64,000 bases of DNA, taken from NCBI GenBank assembly GCA_965214835.1, contig CBDCCK010000002.1:32001-96000 (forward strand), written 5' to 3'. This stretch comes from Nitrosopumilaceae archaeon. GTDB taxonomy: Archaea > Thermoproteota > Nitrososphaeria > Nitrososphaerales > Nitrosopumilaceae. The notes beneath the pieces were generated by a model. The model saw only the letters and a program-made list of their open reading frames with translations. It was not told where the DNA came from and ran no database searches. Both the position numbers and the translations under genes were made by a program. Positions 36,857 to 47,451 of this stretch are shown here, piece after piece (position 1 is the first letter of the stretch; each line of letters begins with the position of its first letter).

Positions 36857-37075
36857 CCCGGCCTTTCGGCCTTTTGTCGTCTGGACCGCAGCATATTCTG
36901 CGGCCCTTGCGGGATCCCGCCTACGTATGGTGACGGGATCTGCGGCACGGCGTGATATATGTCATTCCGTGCCCGGTGTGGATCCGGCACGCGGGCCGGA
37001 GATTCCGTGGTGCGTATGGGGGATCGCCCCTGCGGCGCCGGACACTGTATGATGCCGGCGCAGTCTGTCAGGGGT
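36857..37075 (-). ncRNA. Highly structured leader / ncRNA candidate
   Basis: Consecutive hairpins (CCCCTG/CAGGGG, GGCACGG/CCGTGCC, GATCCCG/CGGGATC, CCGCAG/CTGCGG, GGCC-GAAA-GGCC). Confidence 0.5.
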
Positions 37076-37095
37076 GTGATTGCTTTCTTTCTTTT

Positions 37096-37280
37096 TCCCC
37101 GACCATGCGGTCACGTGCCGGAATGATCCGGCACGTGATACGGCGTGCACGGGTGCCTCCGCATGGAGGAATCACCGCGTGTACGCGCATGCATGGTTTC
37201 GGCAAGACCCTCAAGGGATCAAGCCAACCCGGCAGCCTGAGGCAGCCGAGCTTCCGGAATATCCGGAATCATCAGGAGGA
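37096..37280 (-). ncRNA. Hammerhead-like ribozyme, type I topology, copy 1
   Basis: UCCUC-CUGAUGA...GGC/GCC-GAAAC-CAUGC...GCAUG-GUC-GGGGA. Stem I is 5 bp and stem III is 7 bp; the GUC triplet is at 37103-37101. Confidence 0.72.
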
Positions 37281-37386
37281 TTTGTTCCTGTGACACAGGG
37301 GCTTGCACCCTGCAGCGGCCGGAACCTGGCAGTGTCCGGCCTGTTTGCGAGAAAAGACAACGTTGTACTTTTTGACGCTTCTCTTT

Positions 37387-37554
37387 TCCCCGACCATGCC
37401 GTTTCTGCCCGAATGAGATCCGGACAGAAAACGACCGCGCCGTCCCAGTAGGAGCGGTGCAGTCTGCATGGTTTCGGCAAGACCCTCAAGGGATCAAGCC
37501 ACCCGGCAGCCTGAGGCAGCCGAGCTTCCGGAATATCCGGAATCATCAGGAGGA
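37387..37554 (-). ncRNA. Hammerhead-like ribozyme, type I topology, copy 2
   Basis: Same core and stems as copy 1 with a different stem III insertion; the GUC triplet is at 37394-37392. Confidence 0.72.
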
Positions 37555-37849
37555 TTTGTTCCTGTGACACAGCGATGAATCGCTGCAATGCCGGCAAGTG
37601 CCGGCACAAGGTGGGGAGAGGCTAGTCTGCCATCCCCAAAAGGTATGAAGTACGGGATCATACCGCAGCCACGGTGGCGCGGATCATCCGTACAGTTGGT
37701 TTGTCGTATGCGACCAAGTTGCCATCAGGGTCAGCGACACAGGACTCCTACTCTGGGAGCGCGTCGCCGATGCCGTTCTGTATTGATACGGCATCAATCA
37801 GTGACGGCATCATCCAAACCAGAGTGGCCGCCATGTCCCACGTGTGCGT

Positions 37850-38134
37850 CTAAAGGTCGGACTCATTTGCCTCTAATGCCTTGGCAAGACGGTCGCCCAT
37901 GTCCATCACAGACCAGATCATTACAAGTCCAACTCCCCAGAGGGTGAGAAGGATGGATCCGCCCACTGCAAATGAGGGGTCGATACGGGAGAGGGACATC
38001 AGCATGACAGCCCCCGCAATGCCGATCACCACAAAGATGGCATTCCGTAGTCTGACAGTAGAGTCCCTGCCACTTTTTTCCGCCTTGCTTCCGGCTGCAT
38101 CATTCTTTGATTCTTGAGGCATTAGGTCATTCAC
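37850..38134 (-). CDS. Small two-TM membrane protein, multicopy family
   Basis: RN.IF..I...VGLVM.W..MD.GD.L motif shared with neighbours; GTG start. Confidence 0.6.
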   Translation of the reverse strand: MNDLMPQESKNDAAGSKAEKSGRDSTVRLRNAIFVVIGIAGAVMLMSLSRIDPSFAVGGSILLTLWGVGLVMIWSVMDMGDRLAKALEANESDL

Positions 38135-38389
38135 ACTCCAACATGCTTCCGGCTACAACTTGGCCTCTATCCTCTTGAGGATGGAGGTCATCTCAGTCAG
38201 CGACGACTTCATCTCAGCTTGAGAGGCCACTATCTCCTTTAGATACTTTCGGCTTTTGCGGCCATCTTTGAGTACTGACTTTTTGAGCTGGTTGCCTACA
38301 TCCATCGTCGTCCAGGACATTACAAGTCATACACATGCGATGGTAATAAGGGGTTTGAGACCATGAAAAAGATAGATAACGGCCGGTAT

Positions 38390-38878
38390 TTACTTTCGAA
38401 GCAGGTCTCTGATGTCCTTCAGCGTCGAGGTCATCTCGCCCTGCGACGACTCTAGGTTCTTCAGCGTCGAGGTCATCTCGCCCTGCGACGACTCTAGGTT
38501 CTTCAGCGTCGAGGTCATCTCGCCCTGCGACGACTCTAGGTTCTTCAGCGTCGAGGTCATCTCGCCCTGCGAGGCAGCTATGGCCTTTAGGTACACCTCG
38601 TTCTTCAGGCCGACCCTCTCGACTGTCTCCATGAGCTTGTCACCTATATCCATCGTAGTCCAGGACATTACAAGTCCTACGCCACCGATGATAATAAAGG
38701 CTATTCCCTCGACTACGAGGAATTGGTTGCCAAGCCAGCCAATCCCCAGCATGGCAAACCCTGCACCGACGATCACCGAAAAGATCACGTTCTGGCGCCG
38801 GATGGCGTACTCCCTGATCCTTTCCTTCGTTTCCTGTCTCATTGCATCATCCTCCGTGATATCCTGCGTGTGCTGCAC
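38390..38878 (-). CDS. Two-TM membrane protein with 14-aa coiled-coil repeats (SSQGEMTSTLKNLE)
   Basis: 42-bp tandem repeats at about 38418-38572; two hydrophobic helices. Confidence 0.72.
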   Translation of the reverse strand: MQHTQDITEDDAMRQETKERIREYAIRRQNVIFSVIVGAGFAMLGIGWLGNQFLVVEGIAFIIIGGVGLVMSWTTMDIGDKLMETVERVGLKNEVYLKAIAASQGEMTSTLKNLESSQGEMTSTLKNLESSQGEMTSTLKNLESSQGEMTSTLKDIRDLLRK

Positions 38879-38902
38879 GGCCGGAACCCGGCGACCGAGG
38901 CA

Positions 38903-39454
38903 TCAGTTTGCAGCCTCCGTCCCTTCTTCCTCCTTTTGGTCCATGTATTCGGCCATCTCATACTCGATGACCTCGTGAAACGACTCCCACAGGGACTCGG
39001 AATCATACAGGGCCTCCAGGCAGACGTCGAATATGGCAGACAGCTCGTCCTCTGTCGGGGCGCGATCGTAGGCGCGTCTGAACTTTTCGTCGATGTTCTC
39101 CCAGTACAGCCTCATTACGGGCCTTGATTCTGGCTTTCTCGTGCCGTCCTTTCCGATCTCCTTTTTACCTCCCCTTCCGGCAATGCCGCCTGCATCCATC
39201 GTAACCCATGATACCACGAGTCCTGCGACGCCGACTGCACTGCCGAAGATCCCCGCGATCATGGGCACGGGGCTGGAGGCATGGGGGGTCAGGGCCAGCA
39301 GGGCAATGCTGGCCGCGAGGGTGAATCCATAGAGGACGTTGCGGCCCCTGGTAACGTATGCCCTGACCCTTTCCTGAAGGCCAGGCACCGCCTCGTCGTT
39401 ACTGCCGGCAGTCAACAGCGTATGATGCGCGGCCCGACGCCGGTTCCCAGGCAC
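38903..39454 (-). CDS. Two-TM family domain fused to an acidic PTEDE-family domain
   Basis: The N-terminal half resembles 38390-38878; the C-terminal half resembles 62400-63671. Confidence 0.55.
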   Translation of the reverse strand: MPGNRRRAAHHTLLTAGSNDEAVPGLQERVRAYVTRGRNVLYGFTLAASIALLALTPHASSPVPMIAGIFGSAVGVAGLVVSWVTMDAGGIAGRGGKKEIGKDGTRKPESRPVMRLYWENIDEKFRRAYDRAPTEDELSAIFDVCLEALYDSESLWESFHEVIEYEMAEYMDQKEEEGTEAAN

Positions 39455-40032
39455 ATCGCGCAGTCCTTGCCTTCTATCATGTCATCGTCGCCTGACACCT
39501 CGCAGTGGACGCATCCGGCCTGGTCGCCGTCGCACCGCGCGCACCGCTTGAACATCCCGTCACCAAGGCAGTTGGGACACGGCTCAAGCGGGCCGCCTGC
39601 AAATTCCGTGTGCTCAAGGCTGAACACCTCGGTTATCTTCTGGCGGCACCGGAGGCACGTGTACGTCTTGGTCATGATGTCATGCGTGCGGCTCCGCGTC
39701 CCGTCGTCGTCGGCAAAGTGGATTCCGGCGCGCAGTGCGTCTGCAGGCGAGTTGTAGCTGACCGTCTGACTGCGAGAGTCATACTCGTGGTTTTCCCCGC
39801 CATGGCACTGAGCGGGATCGTCGTTGTCAGGAAAGACGTACAGCGGGTCGTCGATGCCAAGCGCGGAGTTGATGTGCTCGTCGTTGGCATACCTGTCAAG
39901 GATTTCCCTGACTTCAGACGACAGGCCGCCGTAGCTGCACAGCTCCGAGTTGGAGTCCAGCAGCTCGGCCAGCAGCCGCGATCTCTCCGCGACGGTCATG
40001 TCGTTCCATCTGTCCTGAAGGCGGGCATCCAT
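39412..40032 (-). CDS. Hypothetical protein with DnaJ-like CxxCxGxG repeats
   Basis: CPNCLGDG, CARCDG, CVHC, CAMCLGTG. Confidence 0.6.
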   Translation of the reverse strand: MDARLQDRWNDMTVAERSRLLAELLDSNSELCSYGGLSSEVREILDRYANDEHINSALGIDDPLYVFPDNDDPAQCHGGENHEYDSRSQTVSYNSPADALRAGIHFADDDGTRSRTHDIMTKTYTCLRCRQKITEVFSLEHTEFAGGPLEPCPNCLGDGMFKRCARCDGDQAGCVHCEVSGDDDMIEGKDCAMCLGTGVGPRIIRC

Positions 40033-40173
40033 TACCGGCTGCCCCCTGCGTGTGTTTGTTTGCAATTCATGGTTTTTTCCTCCATTGTATGTGGTGAAAT
40101 GCGCCACCCCACAAGTGGGGGGGGCTCCCGGATGCGGCAGTAGCAGGCACCGATGCATCGATACTGCGGTCCA

Positions 40174-42339
40174 TTACCGGCCTGCATCCCGGCGCCGGGG
40201 CCGGGAGGATATTGCGCGGTCAAGGCCGGAGAACGCCTCACCTAGCGCGCTGCCGGAGAGGCAGGAGCGCACGGCCATGGCGTATGCCGACTGCACGTCC
40301 GCGTCACTGATGGTGCTGCACCAGCGCATGGCAGACGCCTTTTCTGCGGTGAGGGGGTCGTCCGGATCGCAGTGGCGGCTGATCATTCCGACCAGCCTTG
40401 CGCCCTCCACCGCAAGGTCTTCCACGCACAGCCGGTCTGGCACGTGCATGACAGACATGTACAGCTCAAACGAATGCAGGCCCGGGTGCACCGCTATCAC
40501 GCCGTCTTCTATGTGGAGGCCCTCGCACTCCCGAAAGTCCGGCGCGTCAAATATACGCACCCTGAGGCCGGTTTGCAGTATGCCGGTCCCGGAAAGGATT
40601 CCGAGGCTTGTCTCGTACAGTATACGGCCGCACCTCTCCACAAAGTCCGAAAGGGACACGGAGCCTGGAAGCGGCGGGCTGTGCACGCATACGGTATTCC
40701 TCTCAAGGCGGTGGATGTAGCGCCTGTACAGGTCGGGATCCCCGTGGCGGCCTCCCAGGGGGCTAAAGTCATGGTAGCACCATCTGCGCCGCTTCCACGC
40801 ATCCATGATCCACTCAAAGTCGTCCCGCCCGGGTGCGCAGATGACATCGCCGTCTGCCTCGTCATCGTATATGGACATCGCCCGTCTGCCGTCAAGCGCA
40901 TACAGTGCAGTCTTTCGCTGCGCGCGGGCGCTGGACTGGAGGGAGTTCCTCTTGACGTATGCTGACAGGGTCTCAAAGCCTGCCTCGGCCATCAGCAGGT
41001 CGTCGACGAGGCTCCGGTCGTCCGGCCGGAAGACTGGGACTGCGCGATCGTGGAGCTCGACTGCCTTGATCTTGCGGGAGTCAAGCGACTTTGTGAGCAG
41101 CGGCAGCCGCGCGTGGCGGCCGGGGCGGTTGAGCAGTGACGCAAGCGAATGCTGAGAGCCGTCGGCAGTCACGCCATTGCTGATGACGATCTCAGAGAAG
41201 CGCCGGTCGTGTCCTGGAACGTCAATGCCGTTTCTTGTCGCCGTGTCAAGCATCCAGTTTTCCCGCCGGCCTATGTGCTCGGCAAGCGAGGTGGCAGCCA
41301 TCGAGGAGAGCCTGTCTTCAATCATCAAGTCTATGCGCCCGTCGATCATCTTCTCGGTGGATGCGGAAAACCCGTCCCGGGTGGGCAGCGGAGGGATCGC
41401 CCGCTCGTCCTTGATGTGGACGACGACATAGGAGAAGACGTTCTTGTACCTGCCATTGTACTGGTAGTCTATCGGCATCCTTGCAATGAAGGACTTGGGG
41501 CCGCTCTTGTACGATCCGTTGTTGCATGCGGCAACATCCATGAGGCCGTCTGACATGTACAGCATGTGGCCGGGCTCAAACCGGTTATTGTACACGCCGC
41601 CTACGATGCCGCGGGCAATCCCCCTGACGGAGCTGCCGCGCACGTATTTGTCGGTGATGTCTCCGTCAGAGTCGGTGATGATGATCCTTGTCGGAATGCC
41701 GCTGAGCAGCGCGCAGCCCCTTACGTGGAAGGCGATGGGCTCCTTGGCCGCGTCCGGACGCATGGTCATCGTGATGCGCGTGCCGTACGAGTCCAGATCT
41801 GCAGGAGCATCCATGATCTGGAATCCGATCCCGCCCTTGCCCATTATTCCGTATTTCTCGCCGGTCTCGCGGGAATACGAGTCGACGATACACACGTCTG
41901 ATATGGTCATATAGCTGGCAAAGCCCATACCGAACTGGCCGGACTCTGACCCGTCAAAGTTGTCGCTGCGGCCGAGTACGGACACTATCTCAAGGAAGCG
42001 CTCCTGGGATATGCCCATCGAGTCTGTACCGTGAATGACCAGCTGGCGCGTCTGCTCGTTTATACTAATATGTATCTCGGGGCTGGCTCCGTGCTCGCGC
42101 ATTGCCGTCCGGCAGGCGCGCGCCTCGTTTGCGTACAGCTCGCGTATTCCCGACAGTGGTCCGGTGTACAGATCACGCGATATCCTCTGTATTATGACGT
42201 CATTTTCCATGCGGACAGGTATGAGTCCGGTTTTGCCGTCGACGGCATCTGCAAGCCTGCCTGCATACGAGGAGTCGATGTCGGCATCGCACGCGGACTC
42301 GGCGGCAATGACGGGCTTTGATACCCTGATCTTACCCAT
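40174..42339 (-). CDS. GHKL (Hsp90/MORC/rIIA-like) ATPase domain protein, copy A
   Basis: DLY..P.SGIRELYAN, DSMGIS, LGRS.NFDG.ESGQFG.G, GTRITM, P.PTRD. Confidence 0.82.
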   Translation of the reverse strand: MGKIRVSKPVIAAESACDADIDSSYAGRLADAVDGKTGLIPVRMENDVIIQRISRDLYTGPLSGIRELYANEARACRTAMREHGASPEIHISINEQTRQLVIHGTDSMGISQERFLEIVSVLGRSDNFDGSESGQFGMGFASYMTISDVCIVDSYSRETGEKYGIMGKGGIGFQIMDAPADLDSYGTRITMTMRPDAAKEPIAFHVRGCALLSGIPTRIIITDSDGDITDKYVRGSSVRGIARGIVGGVYNNRFEPGHMLYMSDGLMDVAACNNGSYKSGPKSFIARMPIDYQYNGRYKNVFSYVVVHIKDERAIPPLPTRDGFSASTEKMIDGRIDLMIEDRLSSMAATSLAEHIGRRENWMLDTATRNGIDVPGHDRRFSEIVISNGVTADGSQHSLASLLNRPGRHARLPLLTKSLDSRKIKAVELHDRAVPVFRPDDRSLVDDLLMAEAGFETLSAYVKRNSLQSSARAQRKTALYALDGRRAMSIYDDEADGDVICAPGRDDFEWIMDAWKRRRWCYHDFSPLGGRHGDPDLYRRYIHRLERNTVCVHSPPLPGSVSLSDFVERCGRILYETSLGILSGTGILQTGLRVRIFDAPDFRECEGLHIEDGVIAVHPGLHSFELYMSVMHVPDRLCVEDLAVEGARLVGMISRHCDPDDPLTAEKASAMRWCSTISDADVQSAYAMAVRSCLSGSALGEAFSGLDRAISSRPRRRDAGR

Positions 42340-42812
42340 GGTGCAACGTCACGGCAGGTGCAGTGCCGTCAGGCATGATCTCCATCGGGGAGATCACGTC
42401 AAAGGCCGCATCCGGAATCCCGGAGTCATACTGCGCATCAAGGATGCGCATCCCGCACTCGCTGCACAGGCACATGCTTTCGGTGACGATTCCCTCGACA
42501 AGCTGCGGGCAGTCGTCTGAGAACTCCTCGCCGCAGTGCGTACACCTGTCGGCGCTGCTGCCGGCGGCGATGGTGGTGGTGGTGCGCCGCTTCATGCCGT
42601 CGTCGTTTGATGATGATGATGATGACGTCATGTGCCTATCCCGTGCATGCAAGGCACGTGCAGCCGTGGCCGCATCGGCCGGTGCATATCGGAAGCATGC
42701 CCGCAGTCCTGGCAAACGAGCATTCTGGATGGTTACAGAACGCGGCGCTGCTGTGCGCCATCTCTATTCCACATTTTTTACATTTCATGGTATTCCTCCG
42801 TTTGTTGTTGTT

Positions 42813-45137
42813 TCACGGCGTCTGCCGCGCGGTAGCATCATCAGCGGCATCAGCAGAAGCCGGACTGCCGCCGACTGTGATGGCAGCATCAAGCCGCCTG
42901 ATTATGTGCATCATCTCGATGCGGTCTGACACAGATGCGCCGCCGAGTCTGGAGTCCATCTCCATCAGCGCCCTCTTGCTGCCGCTGTTACTCACGGCAG
43001 ACAGCGCCGATATCAACTCCTGCAGGTACCGGCGGTCAAGATTGGCCCATCCGGCACGCCTGAAAAGGTGTGACGGAATCGCCGCCCTGCACTTTGCGTC
43101 CAGATCGGCCTTTGCGACGGGCTCAAGACTGCACGCGGCACCTGTCCTGAGGGACGCATATATCACGTACATGTCCTGCTCGCACACAACATCGCTGTCT
43201 CCTCTACGGTGCATATCCCTTCCAATGCCAGTCGATGTGCGGTCATACAGGACTAGAACCCGGTCTGAAAATATGCCGGCATCATGCCACGTCCCGTCAC
43301 CTTCCCCGTCAAGGTACGCGCCGCCTGCCCTTACTGGCCGCCCGTCAGCAAGCATGTCGCGGCCGCTGACAAGCCCGGCACTGGTGTGGTACATGTGATC
43401 TCCAAGTCGCTCGATCCACTGCTCAAGCGGGATCCCGACGCGCCCGTCAAGGCCGCCGGCACGCGCGCACAGGATCGTGCTGATCAGGTGCAGGCCCGAC
43501 AGCGCATCCCTGAATCTCTTCCAGGACTCCTTGGAAACGATCACCGTTCCCTGGGTGACGCGGGTGGAGGGAGCCGTATACTGCTTCTTCCAGCGGCCAA
43601 ACCGGCATCCGTGGACTGCGACGCTCCTTGCAGGCGCAGTCACGCTGCCCCCGGGTGGCCGTGCAAGGCGGTTCTGCCTTGCGTATTTGCCAAGAGTCTG
43701 GACTCCGAGCCTCTCATAATCGCCAACGAGGCGCACGTCATCTGGCCGGAACACGATGATCGACGGGTCATGCTTGTAGACGCGCATGACGAGGTCTGCG
43801 GTGAGCCTTTTGGTCACGAGTATGGGATGGTAGGAATCCTCGATCATGTGTGTGACGGGAAAGATGTATGGCTGGCCGGTAAAGCAGTTCATCTGCGTCC
43901 CGCGCGCCAGTGCCAGATCCATTACCTCGGCGTTGTGGGGCGATACCGGCATCATGACCGGCCCGCCGTGAGCACTCCGGCTGCACCGGCGGTACATGTC
44001 ATATATCACCATGGATCCCGGGCTTGCAAAGAACTCCGGAATGTCCATGTCTGGCAGCGAGAAGAGGCGCCTGTCTATTGCGGCATCTATCCGCGTGTCA
44101 AGCAGGTCAGACCCCGCATCGGACATCCTCTCCCTGTCAGGCGTCGGCTTGTACCTGCGCTCGTCAAGTATGTTGGCGTATATGTTCAGTGAACATCCGG
44201 CGTATTTGCCGCCATACATGTAGTTTATGGGGATCCCGCACAGGTATGACCTGGAGGGCGGGCATTCGTTGCCAGGCGCATAGGTCACGACCACGTCGAC
44301 GTCGGCGTCGCTGATCTCCATGACATAGCAGTCGCCAAACGTCTCGTCTGTTATCTTGCGCGAGTCATCTATTTGGCGGTTCTCGCGCGTCCAGTCGTTG
44401 TAGGTCGCAATGTCGAGGAGATCCTCTGCGCCGACCTTCGAGTAGCCGTCACTGCCACAGTCTCTGCCTGTCACCTTTACGTATGTCGGCACGCCGCTCA
44501 GCCTTGCACAGTCCTTGATCATCCCTATGATGTGGGACCCGGCATTCACGTCCTTTCTGTATGTCATGGTTATGCGCGTCCCGTAAAAGTCCATCTTCGG
44601 CTCAGGCAGGCCGGTCTGGAATCCCAGTCCGCCCTTGCCCATGACCGCATAGCAGTCGCCGCCGCGCGTCCTGGTCTCCAGGATCATGACGTCGGATATG
44701 CACGTATATGCGGCGCGCCCGAATCCGAACTGGCCGGACTCTTTTCCGTCAAAGTTCGTAGAGCGGCCAAGCACGCAGTATACGTCACGGAAGACCTCCC
44801 AGGACATGCCCAGGCTGTCACGGCCCTCAAGCACGATCCTACGCTCGTCAGTATCCACCGAAAGGAATATCTCAGGTGCGGCACCGTGCTCCCTTCTTGC
44901 GGTGCGGCACGCGCGGGCCTCGTTGGCATACAGCTCGCGAATTCCGGACGCAGGGCTGGCATACAGATCCCTGGATATCCTCTGTGCTACGACGTCGCTC
45001 TCAAGCGACGTGTCGATGAACCCGTCGCGTGTTCCTGGAGGGAGTGCTCCTCCGGCGTTTCCGGGGGCCTCCATGGCGACGGGGCCCTCGGTCGCGATTA
45101 CAGGGGTGTAGTATTTCTTCTTCTTCTTCTTGCTCAT
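42813..45137 (-). CDS. GHKL (Hsp90/MORC/rIIA-like) ATPase domain protein, copy B
   Basis: Same motif series as copy A (GIRELYANEARACRTA, ESGQFGFG, PTPDRER). Confidence 0.82.
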   Translation of the reverse strand: MSKKKKKKYYTPVIATEGPVAMEAPGNAGGALPPGTRDGFIDTSLESDVVAQRISRDLYASPASGIRELYANEARACRTARREHGAAPEIFLSVDTDERRIVLEGRDSLGMSWEVFRDVYCVLGRSTNFDGKESGQFGFGRAAYTCISDVMILETRTRGGDCYAVMGKGGLGFQTGLPEPKMDFYGTRITMTYRKDVNAGSHIIGMIKDCARLSGVPTYVKVTGRDCGSDGYSKVGAEDLLDIATYNDWTRENRQIDDSRKITDETFGDCYVMEISDADVDVVVTYAPGNECPPSRSYLCGIPINYMYGGKYAGCSLNIYANILDERRYKPTPDRERMSDAGSDLLDTRIDAAIDRRLFSLPDMDIPEFFASPGSMVIYDMYRRCSRSAHGGPVMMPVSPHNAEVMDLALARGTQMNCFTGQPYIFPVTHMIEDSYHPILVTKRLTADLVMRVYKHDPSIIVFRPDDVRLVGDYERLGVQTLGKYARQNRLARPPGGSVTAPARSVAVHGCRFGRWKKQYTAPSTRVTQGTVIVSKESWKRFRDALSGLHLISTILCARAGGLDGRVGIPLEQWIERLGDHMYHTSAGLVSGRDMLADGRPVRAGGAYLDGEGDGTWHDAGIFSDRVLVLYDRTSTGIGRDMHRRGDSDVVCEQDMYVIYASLRTGAACSLEPVAKADLDAKCRAAIPSHLFRRAGWANLDRRYLQELISALSAVSNSGSKRALMEMDSRLGGASVSDRIEMMHIIRRLDAAITVGGSPASADAADDATARQTP

Positions 45138-45304
45138 CGTGTATGCGGTTCCTCCATGTCTGTGTCTCTATGTATCGTCATCCGGAAAGGGTGCGGCGGC
45201 GGGTGCAGGCCCCGGCCATGCAGGTACGGGTCAGACACCATATCCGGACTTGCCGCAAGGCATGCAGGCAGCGGCAGAAGCTGGTCCCGGCCATGCCGGT
45301 GCAG

Positions 45305-47443
45305 TCAGGGCTTTTCAAGCTCGGCCAGCACGTCTGCGACGAACCGCCTTATCTTGGAGGAGTCCAGCCTCTTGCCCATAAACTCGCCGGAGAATACAAA
45401 GTCCGGATCAGGACGCCTGTCCATGGTGTTATAGTTTACAGCCTCCCAGTTGCCGGGACCGCGCCGGTGCCACGCAACATCGTAACTGCCACGTATCGCA
45501 TCAGCGCATGCATCTGCCAGAAGGTTTATGGATTGTTCGAGTACCTCAGGCATCTTTTTCAGTCATCCCGCTTTTCATCCCGCACTTGTCGCATATTTCC
45601 ATGGTGTGGGGGATGCCGGCGTCTGTATAGCTGTATGTGGTTATGTCGGCACCGCAGCATTCGGACTTCCATGCCGGCGGAAGCCGGATGCCGCAGTCTA
45701 TCGGCTTTATCCTGTCAAGATCGGTGGCCATTGCTTTTCCTTCTTCTTTCCTTCAGTCCTCATCAGTCCTCATCCTCCTCTTTTTCCAGATATATGTGGA
45801 ATCCGTCATCCTTCTTTGTCGCGCCACGGACAAGCCAGCCTGGCACGTCAGGGAGACATTTGACAGGCTCGGGACCCTCAGAATGCCTTACGATCAGCGT
45901 CACGCGGCTCCGGCAACTGTCGTTTTTCACTGCCAGCAGTCTGTCCTGGAATGCCTTCAGGTACGCCTTTTGCACGTCTTCCAGTTCCCTCTTTGTCATC
46001 TTGGGGGTCACGACATCCTCCTCATCAAGTCCTTCCAGCCACATCTCAGGGTGATCACGAGATCCTCGCCGTCCGGCTTTACATCCGCATCCTTGACTGC
46101 ATCTGCCGGAAGTTTTACCCCGGCCTTCTTGATTGATTCCCAGATGATCCCCGGCAATACTACGGGCATCTCATCAGTCATTGCTTTCCAGCGCCTCCGC
46201 ACGCCTGCAGAATTTCAGATGCTGGTTGGGGCATGCCGGGTTTGCGCAGATGTTCAGGATTTCGGCATTTGCGCGATACGTGCCAGGCAGTGTCTTTTCC
46301 GTGCCGCATTCGACGCACTTGAAGACCGTGTCTGTCTCCCCGTCATTTTGCTTCATTCTTCAGCGGTCCCCCTGACCTTTCTTCCAGCCACCTTCTGCAA
46401 AAACAGCAGACAGAATGGCTGCATTATCCCCGGCGTGTCTCCAGATTCCAGTGCCGCACATAGTCGGTGCGGACAGACGGATTCCATCAGTCAATACTGT
46501 CAAGGTACACCATGACGGTTCCGGCATCGTGCCACTCAAAGTGCGCGTGGTGCCTTGCCAGAAGCTTGTTGATCTCCTCGGAGCCGTCATACAGGCTGTA
46601 ATAGTCCCACACGGGAACACCGTCCCTCAGGTTGCCGCCCTCTCCGGACATCCAGAGGCCGGAATACTCCTCCTCGTACCCGTAGAACTCGTCGATGGTC
46701 CCGGCTATATTGGGCTTTTCGAGGAACTTTTCCAGGTCGTCCCGGAGCCGGTCAAGTCTCTCCTCCATGGAGGCACATGCAAGATCGGACATTACCGGTC
46801 TCCGTCGGAAACAGTAGTAGTCGCCGCCACCGTCATGGCAGGGGACACCAAGGCGGCCGCCGGTACGACAATCCAGTTGCCGCCGCAGGGGATGCCTGCA
46901 ATCTCCCTTACTACGACGGGATACTCGTCAGGGGATCTCTCCCTTATGAGATATCTCTTTCCATGTTCTGTGTTGCCTGTCATGCACAGGACGACGGCGC
47001 AGCTCTGCCTGTCGTTTATCGCAAGTATCAGCCCGCGGTGCCCGGTTCCGTCAGGGCCGATGAACTTGTTGAGCTTCATGCCAAAGGCATCTACCGGATC
47101 GGATTCCGGCCTTTCTCCTATTCGAATCATTATATCATCACTCCTCCATGGGGTGTCTGTCGTTTTTTCTGACCACGAGATAGGTGCCGGTCCTGCCGTG
47201 CAGGACAAACCCCCTTGCGTATGCGCGGTCTCCATTGCCGTCGAGGCTGATCTCTGTGTATGCCTGTCCGTCGATCTCGTGTGCAAACTCGGCGGCGCCC
47301 ATGAGAGGATTCTTGTAATCACGCGGCATGAACCGGCGGGATACCATCCATCTGGAATCCTCGGAATCCTCGAGTGTCATCCTCTCAGGGTATGTCCAGC
47401 TTTCCATCACGCTGGAACCGGCGTACCGGTAGCTGACAGTCAA
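45305..47443 (-). CDS. Run of small coupled hypothetical ORFs (45305-45553, 45546-45731, 45763-46044, 46174-46356, 46487-46792, 47138-47443)
   Basis: Short acidic or Cys-containing ORFs with GGAG RBS and overlapping start/stop codons. Confidence 0.55.
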
Positions 47444-47451
47444 TTATGCCG

